From NCBI GenBank assembly GCA_964405845.1, contig CAYOPL010000013.1, positions 305 to 64,304 of the forward strand: a stretch of DNA of 64,000 bases. The letters run 5' to 3'. Shown piece after piece: positions 1 through 7,639 of the stretch (within the stretch, counting starts at the first letter, position 1; each line of letters begins with the position of its first letter). The DNA comes from an uncultured Dehalococcoidia bacterium (lineage in GTDB: Bacteria > Chloroflexota > Dehalococcoidia > UBA6926). Under the pieces are notes generated by a model. That model was not told the origin of the DNA, did not search any database, and was given only the letters and a program-made list of their open reading frames with translations. Position numbers and translations under genes: made by a program.

Positions 1-912
1 ATTGGCGAAGAGACCGAAAAGCTCGCCGCCGCGCTTGGTCCCGGCGATGTCCTCTTCCTTGAAAACACGAGGTTCCACCCCGAAGAGGAGAAAAATGACC
101 CTGACAACGCCGCCGCCCTCGCCCGTCTCGCGGACATCTATGTGAATGACGCCTTTGGCTCCGCCCACCGCGCCCACGCCTCAACGGAGGGCGTCGCCCA
201 TCTCTTGCCCGCCGTCGCGGGATTCCTCCTTGATAAGGAGATACGGATGTTGGGCGGCATCCTCGAATCCCCCCGCCGTCCGCTGGCGACGCTCATGGGA
301 GGCGCAAAGGTCGGCGACAAGATGGCCGTCATGGAGCGACTCATCGAGAACTCGGACATGCTCATCGTCGGGGGCGGCATGGCCGCCGCGTTCCTCGAGG
401 CCCGCGGGATGCGAACCGGCAAGAGCCTGCTCGAAGACGACGGCCCTCAGATGGCCGGACGGATCGAAAGCGCCGCAAGAGCCCGCGGCATCCAACTACT
501 GATCCCGACCGACGTGATTGTGGCGACCGAACTCTCAGCCGATGCGGAGGCATCCGCCGTAAGCAGCGACGCCATCCCTGACGATGCGATGCTGCTGGAT
601 ATCGGCCCCGAAACGCGGGACATCTACACCCGCGCCCTGCGCCTCTGCCAGACCGTGCTCTGGAACGGCCCGATGGGCGTCTTTGAGTACGACCAATTCG
701 CCGGAGGAACCCAAGCCGTTGGGGAAAACCTTGCGCAATATGCGCGCGGGGGCACAACCGTTATTGTTGGCGGCGGCTCGACTGCCGAGGCCGTCGATGC
801 CCTGGGCTACGCAGACGCCATGACCCACGTCTCAACCGGCGGCGGCGCAGCCCTCGAATTCCTCGAAGGCCGAACCCTCCCCGGCATCGCCGCCCTCCAG
901 GACACTGACTGA
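1..912 (+). CDS. pgk: Phosphoglycerate kinase, C-terminal portion (5' end outside the window; reading frame is continuous from base 1)
   Basis: Translation from base 1 reads IGEETEKLAAALGPGDVLFLENTRFHPEEE...YVNDAFGSAHRAH...GGGMAAAFL...STGGGAALEFLEG, which carries the canonical PGK C-domain motifs. Stop at 910-912. Confidence 0.9.
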   Translation: MGEETEKLAAALGPGDVLFLENTRFHPEEEKNDPDNAAALARLADIYVNDAFGSAHRAHASTEGVAHLLPAVAGFLLDKEIRMLGGILESPRRPLATLMGGAKVGDKMAVMERLIENSDMLIVGGGMAAAFLEARGMRTGKSLLEDDGPQMAGRIESAARARGIQLLIPTDVIVATELSADAEASAVSSDAIPDDAMLLDIGPETRDIYTRALRLCQTVLWNGPMGVFEYDQFAGGTQAVGENLAQYARGGTTVIVGGGSTAEAVDALGYADAMTHVSTGGGAALEFLEGRTLPGIAALQDTD

Positions 913-923
913 ACCCCTTCGTC

Positions 924-1056
924 GTTCCCGCTTTCGCGGGAATCCAGTGCGGCGCGCAGCGCCGCCTCCCCCGTTCACCCTGAGCCTGTCGAAGGGTGAA
1001 CCCTCATCCATTCCGACCGCCTCTCAACATGTCATTCCGAGCGCAGCCGAGGAATC
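924..1056. repeat. Composite of three palindromic hairpin repeats: ttcccgc-tttc-gcgggaa at 924-944, gttcaccct-N11-agggtgaac at 973-1001, gtcattccgagcgcagccgaggaatc at 1031-1056. Related copies at 3425-3445 and 39985-40029.
   Basis: Perfect inverted repeats read directly in the sequence. The 975-996 segment (tcaccctgagcctgtcgaaggg) recurs at 3425-3445 (tcaccctgaccctgtgaaggg), and the cccgc-tttN-gcgggaat hairpin recurs at 40007-40026. Confidence 0.6.
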
Positions 1057-1085
1057 TAAAGCCTCATTGAATCCAGCAACTTGCC

Positions 1086-1091
1086 TATACT
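1086..1091 (+). promoter_or_regulatory. TATACT -10-like box upstream of the nuclease-cassette gene A (start 1137)
   Basis: The same ctatact motif recurs upstream of several other starts (3456, 5536, 7628, 20934 and 16283 on the minus strand). Confidence 0.3.
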
Positions 1092-1136
1092 GAACCATCC
1101 CCGCCTAACCTCCCCGCCTTTAACTGGGGCAGAACA

Positions 1137-2651
1137 ATGACTAACCAACCCCCTTACCAACTCTCCAAGACCAGATACATGGCCGGTCTTCAATGCCTCA
1201 AGCGGCTGTACCTGGAGGTTCATCATCGCGACCTTGCCGATCCCGTCGCTCCGAGCCAGCAAGCAATCTTTGATACCGGAAACCTGGTGGGGGAGTTGGC
1301 AAGGGACAGATTCCCTGGCGGCACTCTCATCGAAGAGCAGTACTACGAGCAGGACGGGGCAGACATTTCAACACGAGCGCTAATGTCGGATGCTTCCATT
1401 CCTGCCCTGTATGAGGCGGCGTTCTCGTTCGAGGGGATTAGGACAAGAGTAGACATCCTGACCAGAGCCGATGATGGGCAGGGATTCGATCTCATTGAAG
1501 TCAAATCGACGAGCCGCTTTAAGGAACGAGAGCACCTTCCGGATGTTGCGATTCAGTTGCACGTAGTGGAGGGGAACGGTGTGCCAATCCGCCGCGCGTA
1601 CCTGATGCATATCGACAATACCTACGTGTATGAGGGTGGGGAACACGACCTCACACGCCTCTTTGCCTTGGAGGATGTTACCGATACGGCGAGGGAATAC
1701 CTTGCTGATGTTGAGCCCGGCAAGCTGGCGGAGATGTGGGAGTCATTGGGTCAAGCCGCGACCCTTGACATAGAGACGGGCCGACATTGCACGTCCCCTT
1801 ACCGGTGCCTGTTCTATAGCCACTGCCATGCAGATGAGCCTGAACATCCGATTGCAGAACTCCCTCGACTATCGCAACGCGTAGAAGAACGACTCAAGAG
1901 GCTAGGGATTCGGGATATTGAGAGCATTCCGAGCGACGCGAGGGGCTTATCGAATGTACAGCGTCGGGTACGCGATAGCGTTATCACCGGCAAGCAATAT
2001 GTAGGCTCAGACCTCAGCGAGCGACTATCCGGAATTGAGTTTCCGGCGTCATTCCTGGACTTCGAGACGATTCTTACTGCTGTTCCTATATTCGTTGGGA
2101 CAAGGCCATACCAGCAGATTCCGTTCCAGTGGTCTCTCCATCTGCAGGAATCTGACGGCTCATTGTCGCACCGTGACTACCTGCACGATGGGGATGATGA
2201 CCCACGACAAGAGTTCGTCACCAGCCTACTCGAGGCCATCCCGGCCAGTGGCTCAATCGTCGTTTACTCCGGCTACGAAGAGCGAATTCTGCGACAGCTT
2301 GCCAGTGAGTTCCCTCAATACAAGGCTCAGTTGATTGCGCTTACCGCGCGGCTCGTCGATCTGCTGCAGATTGTGAGTGACTGCTATTACCACCCTAAGT
2401 TCCATGGGAGCTTCTCGATCAAATCGGTGACGCCCGTCCTCGCCCCTGAGCTTTCCTATGAGGAACTCGACATACCCGACGGCCTCGCCGCATCAGCCGC
2501 ATACCAACGCCTGCTCACCAATGATGTCCCGCCGTCGGAGGCCACAAAAGTCAGACAATCCCTGCTCACCTACTGCGCGCAGGACACCGAAGCAATGGTC
2601 CGTGTCTACCAGGCACTGCTAAGAGAGATTGCCAATACTGCCGATTCTTAG
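1137..2651 (+). CDS. Fused nuclease. N-terminal Cas4/RecB-like PD-(D/E)XK domain with a 4-Cys cluster, plus a C-terminal DEDD 3'-5' exonuclease-like (DUF2779-like) region.
   Basis: 504-aa ORF. The N-terminus SKTRYMAGLQCLKRLYL contains an early Cys. RVDILTR...GFDLIEVKST is a RecB-like motif II/III (D...EVK). CTSPYRCLFYSHC supplies three more Cys. The C-terminal LDFETI is Exo I-like D-x-E, and YCAQD is an Exo III-like Y-x3-D. Confidence 0.6.
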   Translation: MTNQPPYQLSKTRYMAGLQCLKRLYLEVHHRDLADPVAPSQQAIFDTGNLVGELARDRFPGGTLIEEQYYEQDGADISTRALMSDASIPALYEAAFSFEGIRTRVDILTRADDGQGFDLIEVKSTSRFKEREHLPDVAIQLHVVEGNGVPIRRAYLMHIDNTYVYEGGEHDLTRLFALEDVTDTAREYLADVEPGKLAEMWESLGQAATLDIETGRHCTSPYRCLFYSHCHADEPEHPIAELPRLSQRVEERLKRLGIRDIESIPSDARGLSNVQRRVRDSVITGKQYVGSDLSERLSGIEFPASFLDFETILTAVPIFVGTRPYQQIPFQWSLHLQESDGSLSHRDYLHDGDDDPRQEFVTSLLEAIPASGSIVVYSGYEERILRQLASEFPQYKAQLIALTARLVDLLQIVSDCYYHPKFHGSFSIKSVTPVLAPELSYEELDIPDGLAASAAYQRLLTNDVPPSEATKVRQSLLTYCAQDTEAMVRVYQALLREIANTADS

Positions 2652-2697
2652 CTGGCGATGGGCCTGAATCCGACCACCGAACACAAAAGGAGTCGCC

Positions 2698-3405
2698 ATG
2701 GGAATCCTTGGAATCAAAAACAGGACAGAAAACTGGAAGACGGCTCGAACATTCGCGCCGTTCTATGGTGCCAACAGTGTGCGTCTCGCACGCCGTCTGC
2801 TTGGCCCAGATGCAACTCTTGAGCCGGGTGATGTCCGGCTTGAATTGTTTTGGAAGGGCGTGCGCGACTTAATCGATGGTAGAAACAGAGGCCGGCCGAA
2901 GGCGGAGAAGAAGAAGTTCACTGACTATGAGGATGAGTTTGGTGCATCGTTTGAGAGACATTTTGGAGGCCTGCGCGCTGCGATCAAAAGATTTATTAAG
3001 GAACAACCCCGTGTATTAAATTCTCTCCGGGGGCGTAACTATACAACTAATGGCAACCTCGAAGATGGCACGAGCACCAAGACTAAGCTGGCGAGCAACC
3101 TAAACGGTATCGAAATCGATATCGTGCTTGAAACCCCGGAGCACCTCCTTATCGGCGAGGCGAAGGACGAATCAAATTTCGGCACGGACGGGAGTCAAGT
3201 TCTCGTTCACCAGCTAATGGGCCAGTACGTGCAAGCGACGGTTCTACTTGATGTTCTGAAGATCGAAAAACAGGTGATGCCCTTCATCGTCTGTGATGAT
3301 AAAGCCGCCGTCATGAGAAGCGGTCAGATACAGTTCATGCTACGGAAAGGCTGGCTGAAGGAAGACCGCATCCTCACGTGGGATGACATAGAGGCGTTGC
3401 GCTAG
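2698..3405 (+). CDS. Hypothetical protein with a PD-(D/E)XK-like motif (restriction-endonuclease-like fold). Lower GC than its surroundings.
   Basis: 235-aa ORF. The motif IEIDIVLETPEHLLIGEAKDE fits hhhD-x10-hGEAK. Codon usage is AT-richer than in the neighbouring genes. Confidence 0.55.
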   Translation: MGILGIKNRTENWKTARTFAPFYGANSVRLARRLLGPDATLEPGDVRLELFWKGVRDLIDGRNRGRPKAEKKKFTDYEDEFGASFERHFGGLRAAIKRFIKEQPRVLNSLRGRNYTTNGNLEDGTSTKTKLASNLNGIEIDIVLETPEHLLIGEAKDESNFGTDGSQVLVHQLMGQYVQATVLLDVLKIEKQVMPFIVCDDKAAVMRSGQIQFMLRKGWLKEDRILTWDDIEALR

Positions 3406-3424
3406 CGCCCACAGCCTCCCTCGC

Positions 3425-3445
3425 TCACCCTGACCCTGTGAAGGG
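3425..3445. repeat. Direct-repeat copy of the 975-996 element (tcaccctga[g/c]cctgt[c]gaaggg). Marks the right boundary of the nuclease cassette.
   Basis: About 20 of 22 nt are identical to 975-996, in the same orientation. Confidence 0.5.
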
Positions 3446-3473
3446 CCGCCCCCGCTATACTATCCACACTGAT

Positions 3474-4691
3474 ATGACCGACTTTGAACTGATCAAGAGC
3501 CTCGCCCGCAAGACCGACACCAAAATCGTCCTGCTTGTCATGGACGGACTGGGCGGCATCCCCCACCCGAAGACCCTCCGCACCGAGCTTGAGGCCGCGC
3601 AGACGGACAACCTGGATCGCCTCGCGCGCTCCTCGCAGACCGGCCTGTCCATCCCCGTTGCGCACGGCATTACGCCCGGCAGCGGCCCCGGCCACCTTGC
3701 CCTCTTCGGCTACGACCCGATCAAGTACCTCATCGGACGCGGCATCCTTGAAGCGCTTGGACTGGACATGGACGTCCGCGAGGGTGACATCGCCGCCCGA
3801 GGAAACTTCTGCACCATTGGCGAGGACGGCACGATAACCGACCGCCGCGCCGGCCGCATCTCAACCGACATCAACCGCGAGCTGACGGAGCGGCTGAATG
3901 ACATCACGCTTGACAAGGCGCAGGCCATCGCCGCCTCCGGCCGCGAGCATCGACTTGCCATAATATTCCGCCCAGAGGACGGCGGACCGCAGCTCAGCGA
4001 CGCCGTGACGGATAGTGACCCTCAAAGAGAGGGTTTAGCCCCCTTAAACGTCACTTCAAGCGCGGTTTTGGGCCAAAATACCGCCGACATTGTGAATTCC
4101 TTCCTCAAGGTTGCGATGTCCGTTATTGCTGATGCCCACCCCGCAAACGGCCTTGTTTTACGCGGATTTTCCACGACTCCCGATCTCCCCCAAATGTCGG
4201 ACATTTACGGCCTGGATCCTGCCGCGATCGCCTCATATCCAATGTACCGAGGCCTCGCCAAACTGGTCGGTATGAACGTCCTTCAGACTGGCGAAACTAT
4301 TGACCAACAGATTGAAACGGCGCGCGAAAATTGGGATACGCACGACTTCTTTTTCCTACATTACAAATACACCGACAGCGCAGGCGAAGACGGCGACTAC
4401 GATGCAAAAGTGGCCGCCATCGAGCGGCTGGATAGCGCCCTGCCCGCCCTGCTGGATCTCGATCCTGATGTTCTAATCGTGGCGGGAGACCATTCAACAC
4501 CAACCGCGATGGCCGCCCACAGCTGGCATCCGGTTCCCGTGATGATCCGGTCGCGGCACATCACCGCCGGCTTTGCAGAGGCGTTCACGGAGCGCGAATG
4601 CGCAAAAGGAATGCTGGGAACCATGGCGGCGACGGACATCATGCCGTTGGCGCTCGCCAATGCCGGTAAGCTGGACAAGTTCGGCGCGTAG
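3474..4691 (+). CDS. apgM: 2,3-bisphosphoglycerate-independent phosphoglycerate mutase, archaeal type (apgM family)
   Basis: MTDFELIKSLARKTDTKIVLLVMDGLGG...GHLALFGYDP...LHYKYTDSAGEDGD...VAGDHSTP matches the aPGM family. ATG at 3474 is preferred over GTG at 3438 because a TATACT box lies at 3456-3461. Confidence 0.8.
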   Translation: MTDFELIKSLARKTDTKIVLLVMDGLGGIPHPKTLRTELEAAQTDNLDRLARSSQTGLSIPVAHGITPGSGPGHLALFGYDPIKYLIGRGILEALGLDMDVREGDIAARGNFCTIGEDGTITDRRAGRISTDINRELTERLNDITLDKAQAIAASGREHRLAIIFRPEDGGPQLSDAVTDSDPQREGLAPLNVTSSAVLGQNTADIVNSFLKVAMSVIADAHPANGLVLRGFSTTPDLPQMSDIYGLDPAAIASYPMYRGLAKLVGMNVLQTGETIDQQIETARENWDTHDFFFLHYKYTDSAGEDGDYDAKVAAIERLDSALPALLDLDPDVLIVAGDHSTPTAMAAHSWHPVPVMIRSRHITAGFAEAFTERECAKGMLGTMAATDIMPLALANAGKLDKFGA

Positions 4692-4718
4692 CGCCATCCC
4701 AACAGAGAGGTAATACCC

Positions 4719-5489
4719 ATGCCATCCACCCGAACGCCGCTGATTGCCGGCAACTGGAAGATGAACACCACGCTCGCCGAGGCGCGAATCCTTGCCTACA
4801 ACGTTGTTCACATGGTCGGCGTTCCCAAGGGCGTTGACGTGGCCGTGTGCCCGCCGTTCGTCTCGCTGCCCATCGTTGCCGAGGCACTGCGCGGATCACC
4901 CGTCGCGCTCGGCGCGCAGAACCTGTATCCGGCAGAGTCAGGCGCGTACACGGGAGAGGTTGCGCCGAACATGCTGCAGGGCCTGTGCCGTTACGTGATT
5001 GTCGGCCACTCAGAGCGCCGCGCCTATTTCGCGGAGGCTGACGAGTTCGTGAATGCAAAGGTCCACACCGCCCTCAAATACGGCCTCACCCCGATCATGT
5101 GCGTCGGCGAAACGCTCCAGCAACGAGAGGCAGGCGAAACGGAAGACATCCTCAAGACGCAAACATCCGGCGGGCTAGCTGATGTGGATGACGTTTCAGC
5201 GGTTGTCGTTGCCTACGAACCCGTTTGGGCTATCGGCACGGGCGTGGCGGCAACACCGGACGACGCGCGTGAGGGAATCGCCGTCATCCGCAGCACAATC
5301 GCAGAGGCCCATGGGCAGGACACAGCCGACTCCGTCCGCATTCTTTACGGGGGCTCCATGAACCCGGAGAACGTTGCGTCGCTGCTTGAGCAGCCGGGCA
5401 TTGACGGAGGTTTGATTGGCGGCGCGTCACTCAACGCAGAGCAGTTCGTTGCACTGGTTCGAGCGGCGGAAGAACGCGAGCGCGAATAA
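4719..5489 (+). CDS. tpiA: Triosephosphate isomerase
   Basis: PLIAGNWKMNTTLAEA...IVGHSERR...AYEPVWAIGTG...GGASL are the canonical TIM motifs. Confidence 0.92.
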   Translation: MPSTRTPLIAGNWKMNTTLAEARILAYNVVHMVGVPKGVDVAVCPPFVSLPIVAEALRGSPVALGAQNLYPAESGAYTGEVAPNMLQGLCRYVIVGHSERRAYFAEADEFVNAKVHTALKYGLTPIMCVGETLQQREAGETEDILKTQTSGGLADVDDVSAVVVAYEPVWAIGTGVAATPDDAREGIAVIRSTIAEAHGQDTADSVRILYGGSMNPENVASLLEQPGIDGGLIGGASLNAEQFVALVRAAEERERE

Positions 5490-5648
5490 CCCCTGCTCCA
5501 TCCCAATTGCAATTCGAACAACCCATTCCGTTGTCTATACTGAATATAGGCAAAAGCGCATGGTCATAACGATATCCGAATCAGCCTGACTCGCTACCAC
5601 TGCCACATCGTTCTCTAAGGACAAAGAATTCAGGAGGAAAGCAGCAGC

Positions 5649-6650
5649 ATGTCCACAGGTTCCACCCTTCGCATCGGTCTCGTCGGCGCAGGCCGATTCT
5701 CTCAGCGGCGTGTCGTGCCGGAACTCGCAAAGGTTCCCGGTGTCGAGTTCGTTGCCGTCGCGAATAACAGCGCCGAGTCAACTGCCCGCGTCGCCGAGCA
5801 ATTCAACGTTGCTACACAAGCATCCTCCTGGCAGGACGTTGTTTCCTCGCCGGACGTTGACCTTGTCTTCAACGGGACCCAGGCCCCGCAGCATCGCGAC
5901 ATCTTGCTTGGCGCGCTGGAGAACGACAAACATCTTCTCACTATGAATCCCCTGGCCATGACCGGTGCGGAGGGGCGTGAGATCGTAGCGGCACTTGAGG
6001 CGCGGCCCCAGCTCAAGGCGCGGCAATATCCCGCATTCCCCGGCGGCCCGTACGACCGTGAAGACGCTCTTGTCCTACGACTGTTAGCTGCGGGGCGTAT
6101 CGGGCGTGTACTAAGCGCGGAGATGTACTGGCATACGCCCTTCCTCGCCTTTGGCAGTTACTTTGACATCCTCAATCGATGGTTGGGGGCGCATCAGCGT
6201 TTGTTGGTCGTTCGCAAACAGCACGAGGTGGACAACCGACGCGTTGGCTTCTCAGCCATCCTCGCGGACCTCGGGGATGACGTCGCCGTCCGCTACGTGC
6301 ATGACAATCTCGCGCCGAAGACCACGCAAAACGCTCACATCGCTCTCCACGGGGAAGAGGGCAGCATCATCATTGAGGGCTATCCTCCCGATCCGTTGTC
6401 GTCCGTGCGTATCGCGTCAGGTGATGGCGAAGCGGAGGTCGTGCCTGTTCCGGGCGATCTGCGACAAGCTTATGAGGACGAGCGGCGCGTCAATATCGAG
6501 GAGCAGTTCCTCGGATGGGTAATGGGTGGCGCGGAACCGACTCCACTCCTTCTGACCTTGCAGCAGGGCTTGCAGTCCATTGGTGCGGCGGAGGCGTTCG
6601 TGGCCTCAATGCGACAGGGCGGTGCCTGGGTGGAGTTGCCGCAAGACTAG
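5649..6650 (+). CDS. Gfo/Idh/MocA family NAD(P)-dependent oxidoreductase
   Basis: N-terminal Rossmann-type LRIGLVGAGRFSQRRVVPEL; 333 aa. Confidence 0.75.
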   Translation: MSTGSTLRIGLVGAGRFSQRRVVPELAKVPGVEFVAVANNSAESTARVAEQFNVATQASSWQDVVSSPDVDLVFNGTQAPQHRDILLGALENDKHLLTMNPLAMTGAEGREIVAALEARPQLKARQYPAFPGGPYDREDALVLRLLAAGRIGRVLSAEMYWHTPFLAFGSYFDILNRWLGAHQRLLVVRKQHEVDNRRVGFSAILADLGDDVAVRYVHDNLAPKTTQNAHIALHGEEGSIIIEGYPPDPLSSVRIASGDGEAEVVPVPGDLRQAYEDERRVNIEEQFLGWVMGGAEPTPLLLTLQQGLQSIGAAEAFVASMRQGGAWVELPQD

Positions 6651-6696
6651 GCTCCACACTAACGCGCGCTATTTCGAACAAGGCCAAATTGCACCC

Positions 6697-7614
6697 ATGG
6701 GCACACCGGTCATTGCGCTCGTCGGGGCAACGGCCGTTGGCAAGTCGGTCGTCGCAGTAGAACTCGCTAGACGCATTGAGGGCGAAATCATCAACGCGGA
6801 CAGCCGACAGGTCTATCGCGGCATGGCAATTGGCACGGGCATACCCTCTGATGAAGAACGCGGCGGTGTCCCACACCATCTCTATGGCATATCTGAACCG
6901 GATGACGACTTCTCTCTGGGACGGTTTCTCACAGCCGCCACGTGCGCCATAGAGGACATCCATGAGCGGGGAAAAACGCCAATCATTGTAGGTGGCACCG
7001 GCCAATACGTGTGGGCCTTGCTTGAGGGATGGAACGTTCCTGAGGTGGCGCCGAATCCTGAGCTGCGAGAAGAACTGATGGAGCGTGCTGAAGTCGAGGG
7101 GCGCGACGCCCTGCACGAGGAACTCCGCCGCCTTGACCCCGCCGCCGCAGAACTCATCCACCCCAACAACCTGATTCGTACTGTGCGCGCCCTTGAAGTT
7201 GTCAGGACAACGGGCCGCCCCTTCTCAGAGCAGCGCACCCAAACTGCCCCGCCCTGGGACATACGACTCTGCGGCATCAGCATGGAACGCGAGGCACTGG
7301 ACGCGCGTATCGAACAGCGCGTTGACCGCCAATTGGAGACCGGCTGGATCGACGAGGTCAAAAATCTCCTGGAGCAGGGCTACTCACCATCGCTGTCGTC
7401 ATTCCGCAGCATCGGCTACAGAGAGATAGCGGCGCACATTGAGGGTGGCATACCTTTTGATGAGATGCGGCAAGCCATCATTCACAAGACGCGCCGATTC
7501 GCCCGAACGCAATTCGCGTGGTTCCGCGCCGATGACGAGCGCATCACATGGATGGATGCGAGCCAGAGTACGGAGCAGTTAGCTGAACAGATACAAGCTA
7601 CGTTGGGACTCTGA
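6697..7614 (+). CDS. miaA: tRNA dimethylallyltransferase
   Basis: MGTPVIALVGATAVGKSVVAVELARRIEGEIINADSRQVYRGMAIGTG contains the P-loop and the DSRQVY motif. Start taken at the internal ATG at 6697. Confidence 0.85.
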   Translation: MGTPVIALVGATAVGKSVVAVELARRIEGEIINADSRQVYRGMAIGTGIPSDEERGGVPHHLYGISEPDDDFSLGRFLTAATCAIEDIHERGKTPIIVGGTGQYVWALLEGWNVPEVAPNPELREELMERAEVEGRDALHEELRRLDPAAAELIHPNNLIRTVRALEVVRTTGRPFSEQRTQTAPPWDIRLCGISMEREALDARIEQRVDRQLETGWIDEVKNLLEQGYSPSLSSFRSIGYREIAAHIEGGIPFDEMRQAIIHKTRRFARTQFAWFRADDERITWMDASQSTEQLAEQIQATLGL

Positions 7615-7639
7615 CAGCGGACGGCGGTATACTTTGGCT

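Noticed and set aside
3438-3473. Upstream GTG start for apgM given in the ORF track
   Set aside because: The extension overlaps the direct-repeat element and a TATACT box. ATG 3474 gives an N-terminus that aligns with the apgM family.
6490-7161. 223-aa minus-strand ORF
   Set aside because: It lies entirely antisense within the well-supported miaA gene. Its composition is Arg/Ala/Pro-rich, typical of spurious frames in high-GC DNA.
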